Below are positions 1 through 11,489 of a stretch of 64,000 bases of DNA, piece by piece; the stretch's first letter is position 1; the number at the start of each line of letters is the position of its first letter. The position numbers were made by a program, and so were the translations under genes. The notes below the pieces were generated by a model. That model was not told the DNA's origin. It saw only the letters and a list, made by a program, of their open reading frames with translations, and did no database searches. Source of the DNA: an uncultured Verrucomicrobiae bacterium (GTDB taxonomy: Bacteria; Verrucomicrobiota; Verrucomicrobiia; Limisphaerales; Palsa-1400); NCBI GenBank assembly GCA_963702845.1, contig OY969763.1:32001-96000 (forward strand), read 5' to 3'.

Positions 1-1189
1 CGTCGCTGAGTGCGTCCATCGTCTTCATCCAGGGAGCGAGGTCGTGAAGGATTTTGCGGGCCTGGCGATAGCGCTCGATGTCGTTGGCGTCCGGTTCGTC
101 TGACAAGTGGAAATAAGAGCTATCCAGCAGTTTCTCTTGCTCAAGGAAGTTGTGGAAGGCGGGCAGGAATTGCTTCAGGAAACCAACATAAGTATCGGAG
201 AACCCGCTGATATCCGGCGACCAGAGCATTTCGAATTTCCCAGGCTGCTTTTCGGTGTAGATACGAACCGGGTTTTTGACGCCCCAGTAAATCCAAAGGT
301 GCGACCACTCGAATTGTTTGAAGCCGATTTGCCGGGCCATGTCGGTGAGTTGTTTTACTTTTGAGAAGTCGAACTGGTACTTACCCGGCGACGGTTCGTT
401 GACGACCAGCAACTGGCACGGGCGTTGGAAAGTTTCGCGGCGATTGAAAAAGATCGGCACATAGAGGACGTCCGATCCGTGGTCGAGCATGTCGGTGAGT
501 TGATCGCGCGTAATGTTCCACCAACGTTGATCGAACATGCCTGTCTTGTAGTAATCCCACGTGGCTTCGCCGCGCCACCAGTGAATGACCGGGAAATCGT
601 GCCGTGGCTGAATGACGAATTGGCTGACGGTCAACTTTAGCGGCAGTTCCACCACTGTGGTTTTGGAACCCTTCTCACCGGTGTGAAGCGCAACCTGCAC
701 AACGATTTTGCGAGGGCCTGGAGTGGTTGCGGCGGGAATGTTGAGAGTTATCCAAAAAGCGCGGGACTGATAGGGCCCGAAATTGACTTTGGTGAATGGC
801 AGGAGCGGGTCCGGAACCATTCCGGGGATCTTACCTAAACCTTCCACTTCAGACAGGCTGGCGGAAAAGTTTTGCACGGGCACCAATCCTTCGAATCGAA
901 TCTTCGATTTGAAATCATCTGCGCCGACCAATTTGGGTTCGACATAAAGGACCTGAACTTTTTCGCTGCGTGCGCAGATCTGAAATGCGACGCGTCCGTT
1001 ACGCGGCACCAACAGTTCCAGTTCGGCCCGGCCTGGCTTTGTGTCCGGATAGACACGCGCGAGCGATGACTCCAACCAGACCTCGGCTTTGGCTTGTGGA
1101 TCGGTGCCAAGTTGGACGAGGTGTGACTGACCTTGCGCGGCGCTCGCGATGGCAAGCATCAGGCATAAACAAAGAGCTGGGAAATTCAT
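1..1189 (-). CDS. Secreted DUF4091-domain protein (GH123-like putative glycoside hydrolase), 3' end runs off the window
   Basis: Manual translation from ATG at 1189, open to the window edge and so absent from the ORF track. It begins with signal peptide MNFPALCLCLMLAIASAAQG and contains PGMVPDPL, AFWITLNIP, YQFDFSKV and YFHLSDEP motifs typical of this family. Confidence 0.7.
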   Translation of the reverse strand, partial: MNFPALCLCLMLAIASAAQGQSHLVQLGTDPQAKAEVWLESSLARVYPDTKPGRAELELLVPRNGRVAFQICARSEKVQVLYVEPKLVGADDFKSKIRFEGLVPVQNFSASLSEVEGLGKIPGMVPDPLLPFTKVNFGPYQSRAFWITLNIPAATTPGPRKIVVQVALHTGEKGSKTTVVELPLKLTVSQFVIQPRHDFPVIHWWRGEATWDYYKTGMFDQRWWNITRDQLTDMLDHGSDVLYVPIFFNRRETFQRPCQLLVVNEPSPGKYQFDFSKVKQLTDMARQIGFKQFEWSHLWIYWGVKNPVRIYTEKQPGKFEMLWSPDISGFSDTYVGFLKQFLPAFHNFLEQEKLLDSSYFHLSDEPDANDIERYRQARKILHDLAPWMKTMDALSD

Positions 1190-1262
1190 TGTTGTAAGGA
1201 GGCTAAAGCGCTGACGCACGCTGGCAACAGCATATTCAAGCGAACGCGGAATTAGAACCTCG

Positions 1263-2339
1263 TTACCTTGCTTGCTGGAACACGAAACCTGCGTCGGCTT
1301 TTCGTTGTCGATCGGCAATCAAGGCGGCCAGCGCATCGTAGCGCTTCCTAACCGACGGATCGTTGCTACGCGCCATTTCGAGCCAGGCCCCGGCGCCTTC
1401 GTAATAGGCGACCGGACATTTCTCCCAAACATGATGGCGGCGATACGCCTCGAGATACTCGTCGAAATAGTGGAGGAATGGCGGTTTCGTGAGGATGTCT
1501 TTGTTGAACTCCATTTCCATGGTGGTCCCGCAGCGATCGCCGAAGGCGCAGGCTTGTTCGAGTTGGTCGGACGGGGTGGGGTGGCGATGGAAAAAGTAGT
1601 TGGGTTGTTGGTAAACGAAATCGAAACCGTATTGCTGCCAGTTGGTCCGGCCCTGTGGCCATGACGGAATCCAATATAAAGAAGAGTCCTTTGCGTGGAT
1701 GTAGTTGGAGATGTCAGGGACGTGGTTGGCGGTCCAGGCGCGTTCGAAGAGCCAATAGAAGCCGGCGAGTTCGACATTTTTGTAATGTTTCTCTTTCCAG
1801 CGTTTCAGGACTTCGTCGATATACCATTGCGCGGCGGCGAGCCGGTCCTCTGCTTTGTGGAAGTCGAGTTTTTTGCCGTGGAGGTCGCCCCACTCAGAGG
1901 AAATCTGCAGGCGATCGGGTTTTGAACCGGTGATGGGAGTTGGTAATGCGATGACGACTTTGCGTTTGCGAGCCGGCGTGTGGCCTTGGGCGGCCAAGTC
2001 GCTGAGGAGTCGGTCGAGCGCGGCAATACTTTGGCTGGGCGCGAAGTAAGCGTCCATTAGACTTTGCCAATCGGCCTTGTTGGCGTCGGGACGGCGGCTG
2101 ATTGGACAAAGTCGCTTGCCGGATTTTGCGAAGAATTCTAGAAACAAAAAACCGTCGTAAAGCCATTCGAATTTTCCATTGGTGTCGCGATAAACGTACG
2201 GTTTGAAGCGCTCAGCCGTCCATGGCTGACGGCCTTCGCCGCCGTCGTAGATCAGGACCAGGTCGACGATGGGATTGGTCTGGGACGTCGCGGACATTCC
2301 CGACAGCAATAGTGCAAATGCAATGCTGAGCAGTTTCAT
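1263..2339 (-). CDS. DUF4855-domain secreted protein (TIM-barrel glycoside hydrolase-like)
   Basis: Likely start MKLLSIAFALLL at 2339 (ATGA overlap with the upstream stop). Motifs DLVLIY, DGFLFL, KVVIALP, LAGFYW, YWIP, QQPNYFF, EMEF, AYYEG. Confidence 0.75.
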   Translation of the reverse strand: MKLLSIAFALLLSGMSATSQTNPIVDLVLIYDGGEGRQPWTAERFKPYVYRDTNGKFEWLYDGFLFLEFFAKSGKRLCPISRRPDANKADWQSLMDAYFAPSQSIAALDRLLSDLAAQGHTPARKRKVVIALPTPITGSKPDRLQISSEWGDLHGKKLDFHKAEDRLAAAQWYIDEVLKRWKEKHYKNVELAGFYWLFERAWTANHVPDISNYIHAKDSSLYWIPSWPQGRTNWQQYGFDFVYQQPNYFFHRHPTPSDQLEQACAFGDRCGTTMEMEFNKDILTKPPFLHYFDEYLEAYRRHHVWEKCPVAYYEGAGAWLEMARSNDPSVRKRYDALAALIADRQRKADAGFVFQQAR

Positions 2340-3628
2340 GGGATGGCGAGATCTCGGAACACGATCATCGATGGGTTGCCGACGGGAGTGTAGTCGCCGG
2401 TGAACTTCAAGCGACCGGTTTTTTTGTCGACGCGGAACGTTGTGACGTGGTCGCTGCGTTGGTTGCAGCAGTAGAGAAATTGGCCGGTTGGATCGAAGTT
2501 GAAGCTGCGGGGATAGTTGCCGCGGGTCCATTCTTCGCCCATATATTTTAACTCGCCGGTTTTGCCGATTGAAAAAATCGCGATGCTGTCGTGGAGGCGA
2601 TTGCCGGCGTAGAGGAATTTGCCGTCAGGTGACACCATGATTTCAGAAGCGAAGCTGCTGCCAGTGAATCCGGATGGCAAGGTGGAGATTGTTTGGCGCG
2701 GGTTGAAGCGGCCAGTTTGCGAATCGTAATCGAAGAGGGCCACGGTGGAGGCTTCTTCCTGGATCGAATAGAACCAGCGGCCGTTTGGATGAAACCAGAA
2801 ATGGCGCGGGCCGTCGCCGGGTGGAAACGAGATTGCTGGCGGATTGTTCGGGAGCAACGCCGCTTTTTGTGCGTCGAATTTCCAGATGAAGATTTTGTCG
2901 AGGGCATTGTCGGCGTGGAAAATGAATTGGCCCGATGGATCGGCGCGGATCATGTGGGCGTGGGTTCGGTCGTGACCGCTGATGGCGAAGCTGCCCGGCG
3001 GCGCGTCGGTGGCGTGTGTAGGCCCGATCGCTCCGGCATCGATTTTAACGTCGGTGGCGGCGGCGAGTGAGCCGTCGGGCTGAATTGGAAGGACTGAGAC
3101 GGAGCCACCGAAGTAATTTGCGACGAGCAGGAATTTTCCAGAGGGATGGACGCTGACATAGGTTGGACCCGCGCCACCCGAAGACACAGTGTTGAGCAGG
3201 CGTAAACTTCCGTCGCGATTGATGGCAAAGGCGCTGATGGTCCCGTCTTTTTTATCACCGACGCGATCGGTTTCATTGGCGGAATAGAGGCGCGTCCCGG
3301 ATTTGTCGAGAGCGAGGCAACTTGGGCTGGTTCCTTGTTCGTATATGGCGCGCGGTGTCATCGCGCCGGTTGTGCGATTTACTTGGAAAATGTGAATGCC
3401 TCGGCCGTTGCCGGGTGGCAGGTCCACCTGAGTTGGTAAGACGTCGTGCAGCGGAGAACTGAAGGTGCCGACGTAGGCTATCAGCGGCGCTTCGTCTCTT
3501 TGGTTTGATTGGGCGTGAAGAAGGCTGAGTGGTGCGAAAGCGAGAAGCGTCGCGAAGTTTTTTAAAATCAAATGTCGGCAAAGGTTCGCCAGCACGTGGA
3601 ACTGAGGTTGCATCGTATTTGAAGACAA
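2336..3628 (-). CDS. pgl: Lactonase family 7-bladed beta-propeller (6-phosphogluconolactonase-like), with signal peptide
   Basis: AYVGT, LLVANYFGGSVSV, HAH, GDGPRH, SPDGKFLYAGNR and PRSFNFDPTG motifs. Confidence 0.85.
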   Translation of the reverse strand: MSSNTMQPQFHVLANLCRHLILKNFATLLAFAPLSLLHAQSNQRDEAPLIAYVGTFSSPLHDVLPTQVDLPPGNGRGIHIFQVNRTTGAMTPRAIYEQGTSPSCLALDKSGTRLYSANETDRVGDKKDGTISAFAINRDGSLRLLNTVSSGGAGPTYVSVHPSGKFLLVANYFGGSVSVLPIQPDGSLAAATDVKIDAGAIGPTHATDAPPGSFAISGHDRTHAHMIRADPSGQFIFHADNALDKIFIWKFDAQKAALLPNNPPAISFPPGDGPRHFWFHPNGRWFYSIQEEASTVALFDYDSQTGRFNPRQTISTLPSGFTGSSFASEIMVSPDGKFLYAGNRLHDSIAIFSIGKTGELKYMGEEWTRGNYPRSFNFDPTGQFLYCCNQRSDHVTTFRVDKKTGRLKFTGDYTPVGNPSMIVFRDLAIP

Positions 3629-3742
3629 CGCTAAAGATTAACGGGCAAATGCTAAAGAGCTAAGATTTGCCCGCACCGGATTTGCGGTTTAACTGGTCCA
3701 ACCTGCTTTACTAATTATCGGCGCGAGACTACAACGGGAACG

Positions 3743-4699
3743 ATGTTGCGAACGTTTTTTTGCGCGGTGATTTTGATGGTGTTCACGCATTCTACGGGAG
3801 CGTGGAATGCAGTGGGGCATCGCATCATCGCGGAGATGGTTTGGCAAAAGATGAGTGCAGGCGAACGGCGGGCTGCGACTGAGCTTCTGCGACAACACCC
3901 GCACTATAAAGAATTGCTGACGGCAAATGTACCGCGCGGGGTTAACAAAGATGAGTGGGTGTTTTTGACGGCGGCGGTTTGGCCGGACATGGTGCGACCG
4001 AAGCGTTCGGGACGGGTCGAGTCGATTTCCAAATATGACGTTTATCCACATGCGATTGGCTATCCGTTCATGCGACCGGCGGAGACGAATCGCGCGCTGA
4101 TTGAGAATTTCTTCATCGCGAAGCCGGATGCGGAAATGGTGTTGTCGAATGCGTTTGCCACGCTCAAGAATCCGACTGCAACCGCGCATGATCGGGCTGT
4201 GAGTCTGTGCTGGGCTCTGCATTTATGCGGTGATGCGCATCAACCGTTGCACGCGGCGAATCTGGTGACGAAGGAACGTCCGCGCGGTGATGACCTTGGC
4301 GGGCATCACATGGTGCTCGATGGCCACGGAAAAGAGATAAGTATGCACTCGTTCTGGGATTCGCTTCCCGGAGTCGATGGCTCTTATTCCTACGTCGCCA
4401 CCGAAGCAAAGCAGATTGCCAACGATGGCAAACTCAAACAGGCGACGGCGCGGGAGGTTGAGAAGGACAAGACGATTGCGTCGTGGGTGCAGGAGAGTTT
4501 TCGGATCGCGGTGAACTTTGCGTATCAAGGTGGAACCTTGCCGTTCGCCCACGAGTCTGACGTGAAATCAGAAAAGGTGGCGCGGTCGCAGATCCCGCAA
4601 TTAAGTTCTCAATATGTTTCTGAAGCACACGACATCGCGCGCCAGCGTTTGCTTTTGGCTGCGGAACGGGTGACTACCGAACTTAAGCGTGTTTGGTAA
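3743..4699 (+). CDS. Secreted S1/P1 nuclease
   Basis: Signal peptide followed by WNAVGH, AAVWPD, HLCGDAHQPLH and HSFWD zinc-ligand motifs. Confidence 0.9.
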   Translation: MLRTFFCAVILMVFTHSTGAWNAVGHRIIAEMVWQKMSAGERRAATELLRQHPHYKELLTANVPRGVNKDEWVFLTAAVWPDMVRPKRSGRVESISKYDVYPHAIGYPFMRPAETNRALIENFFIAKPDAEMVLSNAFATLKNPTATAHDRAVSLCWALHLCGDAHQPLHAANLVTKERPRGDDLGGHHMVLDGHGKEISMHSFWDSLPGVDGSYSYVATEAKQIANDGKLKQATAREVEKDKTIASWVQESFRIAVNFAYQGGTLPFAHESDVKSEKVARSQIPQLSSQYVSEAHDIARQRLLLAAERVTTELKRVW

Positions 4700-4705
4700 T
4701 CGAGT

Positions 4706-7285
4706 TCAACGGCTGCTCGCAGTTTGCTTTGGGAACGTAATCCACATGGGCGAAGACCAGGCGAAGTTGCCGGTGGATTCGCTCACGCGGATAAAGATGG
4801 TGTGTTTGCCTTTGAGTGAGGCGGCAGGTCGGTATTCGTATTGGCCTTCGGCGCTTTGGGCTAGCGGTAATTCGTGCGGGATGCCGTCGATGTAGGCTTC
4901 GAGTTTGGTAATCGTGCCTTTGACGGGATGTGCCAGGATTTTAATCGTGGGCGTTTCTGTCACTTCAAATTTTTCTCCCATCCAATGATCGTCGCAGCTG
5001 ACGGCGAGGACGATTTGGTCCATTGCGCCAAAGGTGCGGCGGGCTTGGAGCGCGCGGAAGATATTTTCGCGCGTGGGTTGTTCGGCCCAGACGCAGGCGA
5101 AGCTGGTGCCGGTGGAGAGGTGGTCGCTGCTGGCGATGAAACCGACTTCGTTGCCGCTGGCGAGACCGTTAGTAGCGTCACTTTCGCAGGTGTGATTGCG
5201 GAAGCCTTGATAGATTTCCATGATCGGACGGTGCGTGCGGTCGTTCGTTTTCCAGAGGACGGAATTGAACGGTTGGTGCGGGATGGTGAAGGTGTTGGTG
5301 TCGAGCTCGCGCCAGAATTCAGAATGCGGATAGGTGTGCGGGCGCAGCATGTCGTCGCGAAGTGAAATGACGTTGTGATCGGTGTCGCCGCGACTGCGTT
5401 CGTAGGAATAGAACGGGATGAATTTTCCTTCGAGGGCGTGGCGGTTCACTTCTTTACGGATGCGTTGCCACATCAGCGAGAGCGGGTCGCCCATCGCAAT
5501 GTCGTGGGTGTGATCGGTGACGCCGAGGAAATCCAGCGGGGCGGCGTCGATGCCGTAACGATAGGCGTCGTCCATCGTGCCGTCGCCGGGCCAGAAACAA
5601 AGCGAGATGTCCGTGTGACGATGGAAATCGCCGAAGTAGAGTTCGTAGTGTTTGCCGTTGAGGTCGAAGCTGGGCCGCGCGGGTTTTGCAGGGATGGTAG
5701 CGGCATCTTCTGGTTGAAGATGAATAGTCGTGGGTTGACCGCTTGAGTACGAGTATTGAAGCGTATTAGCATTTTTCAACGAGATGCTGGCGACCGCGAT
5801 GCCGCGTCCGTCGCTTGGTAACGCGTTTTCATCGGCATTTGATTGGTTGCGATTGCGTTTCTGCGCGGCTTTTTTCTTTGGCGCAGGCTCTTCATCGGCG
5901 TCTGCATCATTACCTGGTGCGCGTTTTTTGCTGACGTGTGGGACCACTTTGTCGGGAGCGAGCGCGTCTTCCTGATAGTTTTGTGGATTGCGACGGTCGG
6001 TGCGCCCGAAGGTATAAGCGATAGATATACCGTCGTCGAGTGGCGTCGCATTGATGCGTTGGAGAGCGTCGCCCTGTCCTTTGTCGAAACGGAACAGCTT
6101 TGACCAGATGCCATTTTCAAAGCAGCGCGCATAAATGCCCCAATCGCTTTGAACGTGGGTGGTGCCGGTGATGCCCATCAGCGGCATGTAGAAGTGACGG
6201 TAGACGAGCCAGAGGCGGTTTTTCCCGTCGATGGTCAATTCCGGTGATTGGTAGAATACGCCGAGTTGTTTGATACCAACTGGCGCGTTCCGGCGATTGG
6301 CTGCTTCGGCGAAAGACTTTTGCGGGACTTCAAATTCCCGCACCGAGGAGTTGTCCTCGGCAACTTCGGCAAGGTGCAATTTTCTGAAGCGATGCACTGA
6401 ACCGATGTCGTCGCTCATTTTTTGCGAATCTTTTTTGGCGTCGGTACGGACTTGGTACGCTTTGCCCCAATTCGGACCGTCCTCTTCCCAGGCCAGCCAA
6501 ACACGGCCGTTCTGATCAGAGGCGAGGCTGGTGTTGGCGTTGAAATTGGACGACGTGGTGACGTTCATGATTTTGCCCCACGCGGCATTGTGAAGTTGGC
6601 GGGTGCGGATGTTGTAGGTGGTGCCGTCGAAAGAATCCCATGCGATCACGACATCGCCAGACGACGTTGCTGTGATGCTGGGATGCCAATCGCCGCGAGG
6701 TGAATCGCTGATTTGAATGGCTTCCGCGCTGCTGCTGTTCTCGAGTTTTTTGATCTCGCGCGCGAAGATGTCGAATTGTCCATGATTGTCGGCTTGCCAG
6801 ACGAGCCAGATACCGCCGTCAGCCGCTGCTGCAACGCGATGGCTTACGCACGTGCCGCTGCCATTGCTGACGCGTGTTGGTGTTGCGAAAACGCCATCTC
6901 GATTTCGAAACGTGGCGAAGCTGGCCCATTTGCCGTCCACCACTGTTTCGTAGGTGAGCCAGATGTTGCCGGCTTTGTCGCTGGTGAGAGTTGGATTGGC
7001 GCAATCGGCAGTGTCCAGTGTGATTTGCTTTTTCTCGAGCCACTTGTTGGCCGCATCACGAATGCCAAACCAGACGAGGTCGCGCTTGGAAGGCTGGAAC
7101 TCGAGCCAGGTCACGTAGGTTTTGCCATCGGCGGAAACGACAGAGGCGTCGTAGAAGAGCGGCTTGTCCAATGATGCGCAGCGAACGGTTTCGTCAGCTT
7201 TGTCGTATTGGAAATATTGGACGGCGTGCGATCGCGGCGCGGCGCTGAGCAAGGCGAGACAAATGCAGGCAGTGATAGTTTTCAT
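4706..7285 (-). CDS. Secreted beta-propeller + PHP-like metallohydrolase (DUF3604/CehA-McbA-like)
   Basis: Start MKTITACICLALL. N-terminal propeller-like repeats; C-terminal GDFHRHT, DFLGVTDH, DHNV, TIPH, EIYQ and GFIASSDH PHP motifs. Confidence 0.7.
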   Translation of the reverse strand: MKTITACICLALLSAAPRSHAVQYFQYDKADETVRCASLDKPLFYDASVVSADGKTYVTWLEFQPSKRDLVWFGIRDAANKWLEKKQITLDTADCANPTLTSDKAGNIWLTYETVVDGKWASFATFRNRDGVFATPTRVSNGSGTCVSHRVAAAADGGIWLVWQADNHGQFDIFAREIKKLENSSSAEAIQISDSPRGDWHPSITATSSGDVVIAWDSFDGTTYNIRTRQLHNAAWGKIMNVTTSSNFNANTSLASDQNGRVWLAWEEDGPNWGKAYQVRTDAKKDSQKMSDDIGSVHRFRKLHLAEVAEDNSSVREFEVPQKSFAEAANRRNAPVGIKQLGVFYQSPELTIDGKNRLWLVYRHFYMPLMGITGTTHVQSDWGIYARCFENGIWSKLFRFDKGQGDALQRINATPLDDGISIAYTFGRTDRRNPQNYQEDALAPDKVVPHVSKKRAPGNDADADEEPAPKKKAAQKRNRNQSNADENALPSDGRGIAVASISLKNANTLQYSYSSGQPTTIHLQPEDAATIPAKPARPSFDLNGKHYELYFGDFHRHTDISLCFWPGDGTMDDAYRYGIDAAPLDFLGVTDHTHDIAMGDPLSLMWQRIRKEVNRHALEGKFIPFYSYERSRGDTDHNVISLRDDMLRPHTYPHSEFWRELDTNTFTIPHQPFNSVLWKTNDRTHRPIMEIYQGFRNHTCESDATNGLASGNEVGFIASSDHLSTGTSFACVWAEQPTRENIFRALQARRTFGAMDQIVLAVSCDDHWMGEKFEVTETPTIKILAHPVKGTITKLEAYIDGIPHELPLAQSAEGQYEYRPAASLKGKHTIFIRVSESTGNFAWSSPMWITFPKQTASSR

Positions 7286-7322
7286 GGATACAACGGAATG
7301 GACGCTGACGGCTGCGTTATTG

Positions 7323-9563
<2,241 letters not shown>

Positions 9564-9613
9564 CTAAGGCTAAAGGTTAAAGTAGGAACAGGAAGTTTGA
9601 TGGAAAGCTCGAA

Positions 9614-9822
9614 AATAAAGGATTCCTTTTTTTAGGGTTAAAGAAGCTTAAACAAGTTTAAAGAAGTTTAATTCCTCCATTGAGCGCGCGTGGTTCTGTG
9701 CAGCAGGAGTTTAATTTTTCTACTCCCGCGTGCCGATTGTCGTGATTTATCGCGTTGTAGTTTGATAAAAAGAATCCTTTTTTTGGTGTCAGAAGGTGAC
9801 AGAAGGTGACAGAAGGTGATAC
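9614..9822. repeat. Two blocks of four 10-bp-period tandem repeats with a shared A-rich/T7 flank
   Basis: 9634-9673 agggttaaag/aagcttaaac/aagtttaaag/aagtttaatt and 9783-9822 ttggtgtcag/aaggtgacag/aaggtgacag/aaggtgatac. They are preceded by aataaaggattcc-T7 and ataaaaagaatcc-T7 respectively. Confidence 0.85.
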
Positions 9823-10031
9823 GTTCGCTTTAAAGATTTTTTGATTTTTGCGGTGCAAGCCGTTACGAAGCCGGACAATCCGACATAAACCGGTAGGTGG
9901 CCGGTACGGTTTCGTTGGTTAATGGTGGCTGGGTCGGATACCAGGGCGGCGACGCCCACTGCAAATGGCTCGTAATCCAAGATCATCGAATCGGTTCTGG
10001 TCACAAAAACTTCTGAGATTTCAATTTTCAT
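9789..10031 (-). CDS. Possible small leaderless hypothetical protein running into the repeat block
   Basis: ATG lies 6 nt after an extended -10 (TGtTAAAGT). No recognisable homology. Confidence 0.3.
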   Translation of the reverse strand: MKIEISEVFVTRTDSMILDYEPFAVGVAALVSDPATINQRNRTGHLPVYVGLSGFVTACTAKIKKSLKRTYHLLSPSVTF

Positions 10032-10050
10032 GGACCGACTTTAACAAAGT

Positions 10051-10075
10051 CACTTGGACAAAGGCTGTCCAAGTG
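10051..10075. promoter_or_regulatory. Perfect palindrome CACTTGGACA-N5-TGTCCAAGTG, operator-like
   Basis: 10-bp inverted repeat next to the minus-strand -10 element. A second AT palindrome (aattatttttaaaataatt) is adjacent. Confidence 0.5.
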
Positions 10076-10167
10076 AAATTATTTTTAAAATAATTCCAAC
10101 AGCCGGATTTAGGTCGGCATTCGGTTCTAAATCTCAGCTTGGCCTTGGGCGGCATCCTCCGGAAGCT

Positions 10168-11328
10168 CTATAGGAGTTCCAGCAGCCGATGCAGCTCGGC
10201 ATCGGTGTTGTAAAAGTGCGGAGAGAGGCGGATGAATTGTTGCTGAGCACGGTTGGCGCGCAGGCTGGTGATGATCCCAGCGGCTTCGAGTTTTTGGTGG
10301 AGAGCGTGCAAGTCGCCGAGTTCCGCGCCTTCGCGGTAGAAGCTCGTAATGCCGCTGACGTGCTCTTTTGGAGCATCTGCCTGCACCACGGTATAGCCTT
10401 TGGCTTGGAGAGCGGAGACGAGCATCTGGCGTTTGCGCAGGAGTTCGGCGGCGATGTTTTCGATGCCGATCTCGAGTAGCAGTTCCATCGAGGCGTGGAG
10501 GCCGACGAGGCCGAGAAAGTTTTCGCTGCCAGCTTCGTAACGACGGGCGTCAGGTGGATAGACGATCTGTTCCTGGGCGACGTAGTTTGGGCAACGGACG
10601 TTGTGCCAGCCGTAAATGGGCGGACGGAATTTTTCCTGGAGGTCTTTGCGGACGTAGAAGATTCCGGCGGCCAACGGGCCAAGGAGCCATTTGTGGGCGT
10701 CGGCGGCGAGGAAGTCGACGTGATCGACGCGCGTGGGGAATGCGCCGAGGCTTTGGATGCCGTCGACGCAAAAGAGAATGTTCCGCTCGTGCAATGCCTT
10801 GCCGATGGCGTTGAGATCGAGACGATAGCCTGACACAAAATGGTTCGAGGCGAGCGCGACCATTTTGGTGTTTTCGTCAACTTGACCGATGACATCAAGG
10901 GCGCGGATGCGGCCGTATTCACGGATGTTGAGCAACCGCACTTCAACGCCGCGATCGGCAAGAGCCATCCACGGGTAAACGTTCGACGGATAATCGTCGA
11001 AGTAGATGACAATATTGGTGCTCTTGCGCCAGTTGAGGCCGCTGGCGACGTAGCTCAAGGCGAGGGAGGTCGGGCCGACGAGCGCGATTTCTTCGGGTTT
11101 TGCGCCGAGCATTTGCGCGGCGAGGGAGCGCGTTTTTTGGACGAAGCCCTCCGGCACGATTGCTTCCTGATCGGCGAGGGTGCAGTTGAGAGCGTAATTG
11201 CGCACAGCTTCGGAGACGCGTCGCGGCAATGGGCAGACGCCGGCGTGGCCCAAAAATACTTTGTTGCGCGTGACGGGGAATTCGTGGTTGCGCAATTCTT
11301 CGTTACTGAGGATTTCCTGGAGAGTCAT
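10168..11328 (-). CDS. Class V PLP-dependent aminotransferase / cysteine desulfurase-like protein
   Basis: Likely start MTLQEILSN. Motifs FLGHAG, VDGIQSLG, ADAHKWLLGP (PLP lysine), RYEAGS and IRLSPHFYNT. Confidence 0.85.
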   Translation of the reverse strand: MTLQEILSNEELRNHEFPVTRNKVFLGHAGVCPLPRRVSEAVRNYALNCTLADQEAIVPEGFVQKTRSLAAQMLGAKPEEIALVGPTSLALSYVASGLNWRKSTNIVIYFDDYPSNVYPWMALADRGVEVRLLNIREYGRIRALDVIGQVDENTKMVALASNHFVSGYRLDLNAIGKALHERNILFCVDGIQSLGAFPTRVDHVDFLAADAHKWLLGPLAAGIFYVRKDLQEKFRPPIYGWHNVRCPNYVAQEQIVYPPDARRYEAGSENFLGLVGLHASMELLLEIGIENIAAELLRKRQMLVSALQAKGYTVVQADAPKEHVSGITSFYREGAELGDLHALHQKLEAAGIITSLRANRAQQQFIRLSPHFYNTDAELHRLLELL

Positions 11329-11335
11329 TTTAGTC

Positions 11336-11470
11336 GTAGCGCAGATTTCCAAACCTACTGTATCGCCGATTTCCAAATCGGCAGGTGTTGAAAGTGGTGG
11401 CGTTGTGCGAGTGTCGATGCAGCGCAGGTTTGGAAACCTGCGATACGGCAGACTTGGAAGTCTGCGATAC
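11336..11470. repeat. REP-like bipartite palindromic element
   Basis: gtagcgcagatttccaaacctactgtatcgccgatttccaaatcggcag ... cgcaggtttggaaacctgcgatacggcagacttggaagtctgcgatac. GTAG-initiated nested hairpins with inverted halves, of a type I recognise from Verrucomicrobia. Confidence 0.75.
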
Positions 11471-11489
11471 GAAAGCGTGGCAAGCCATA

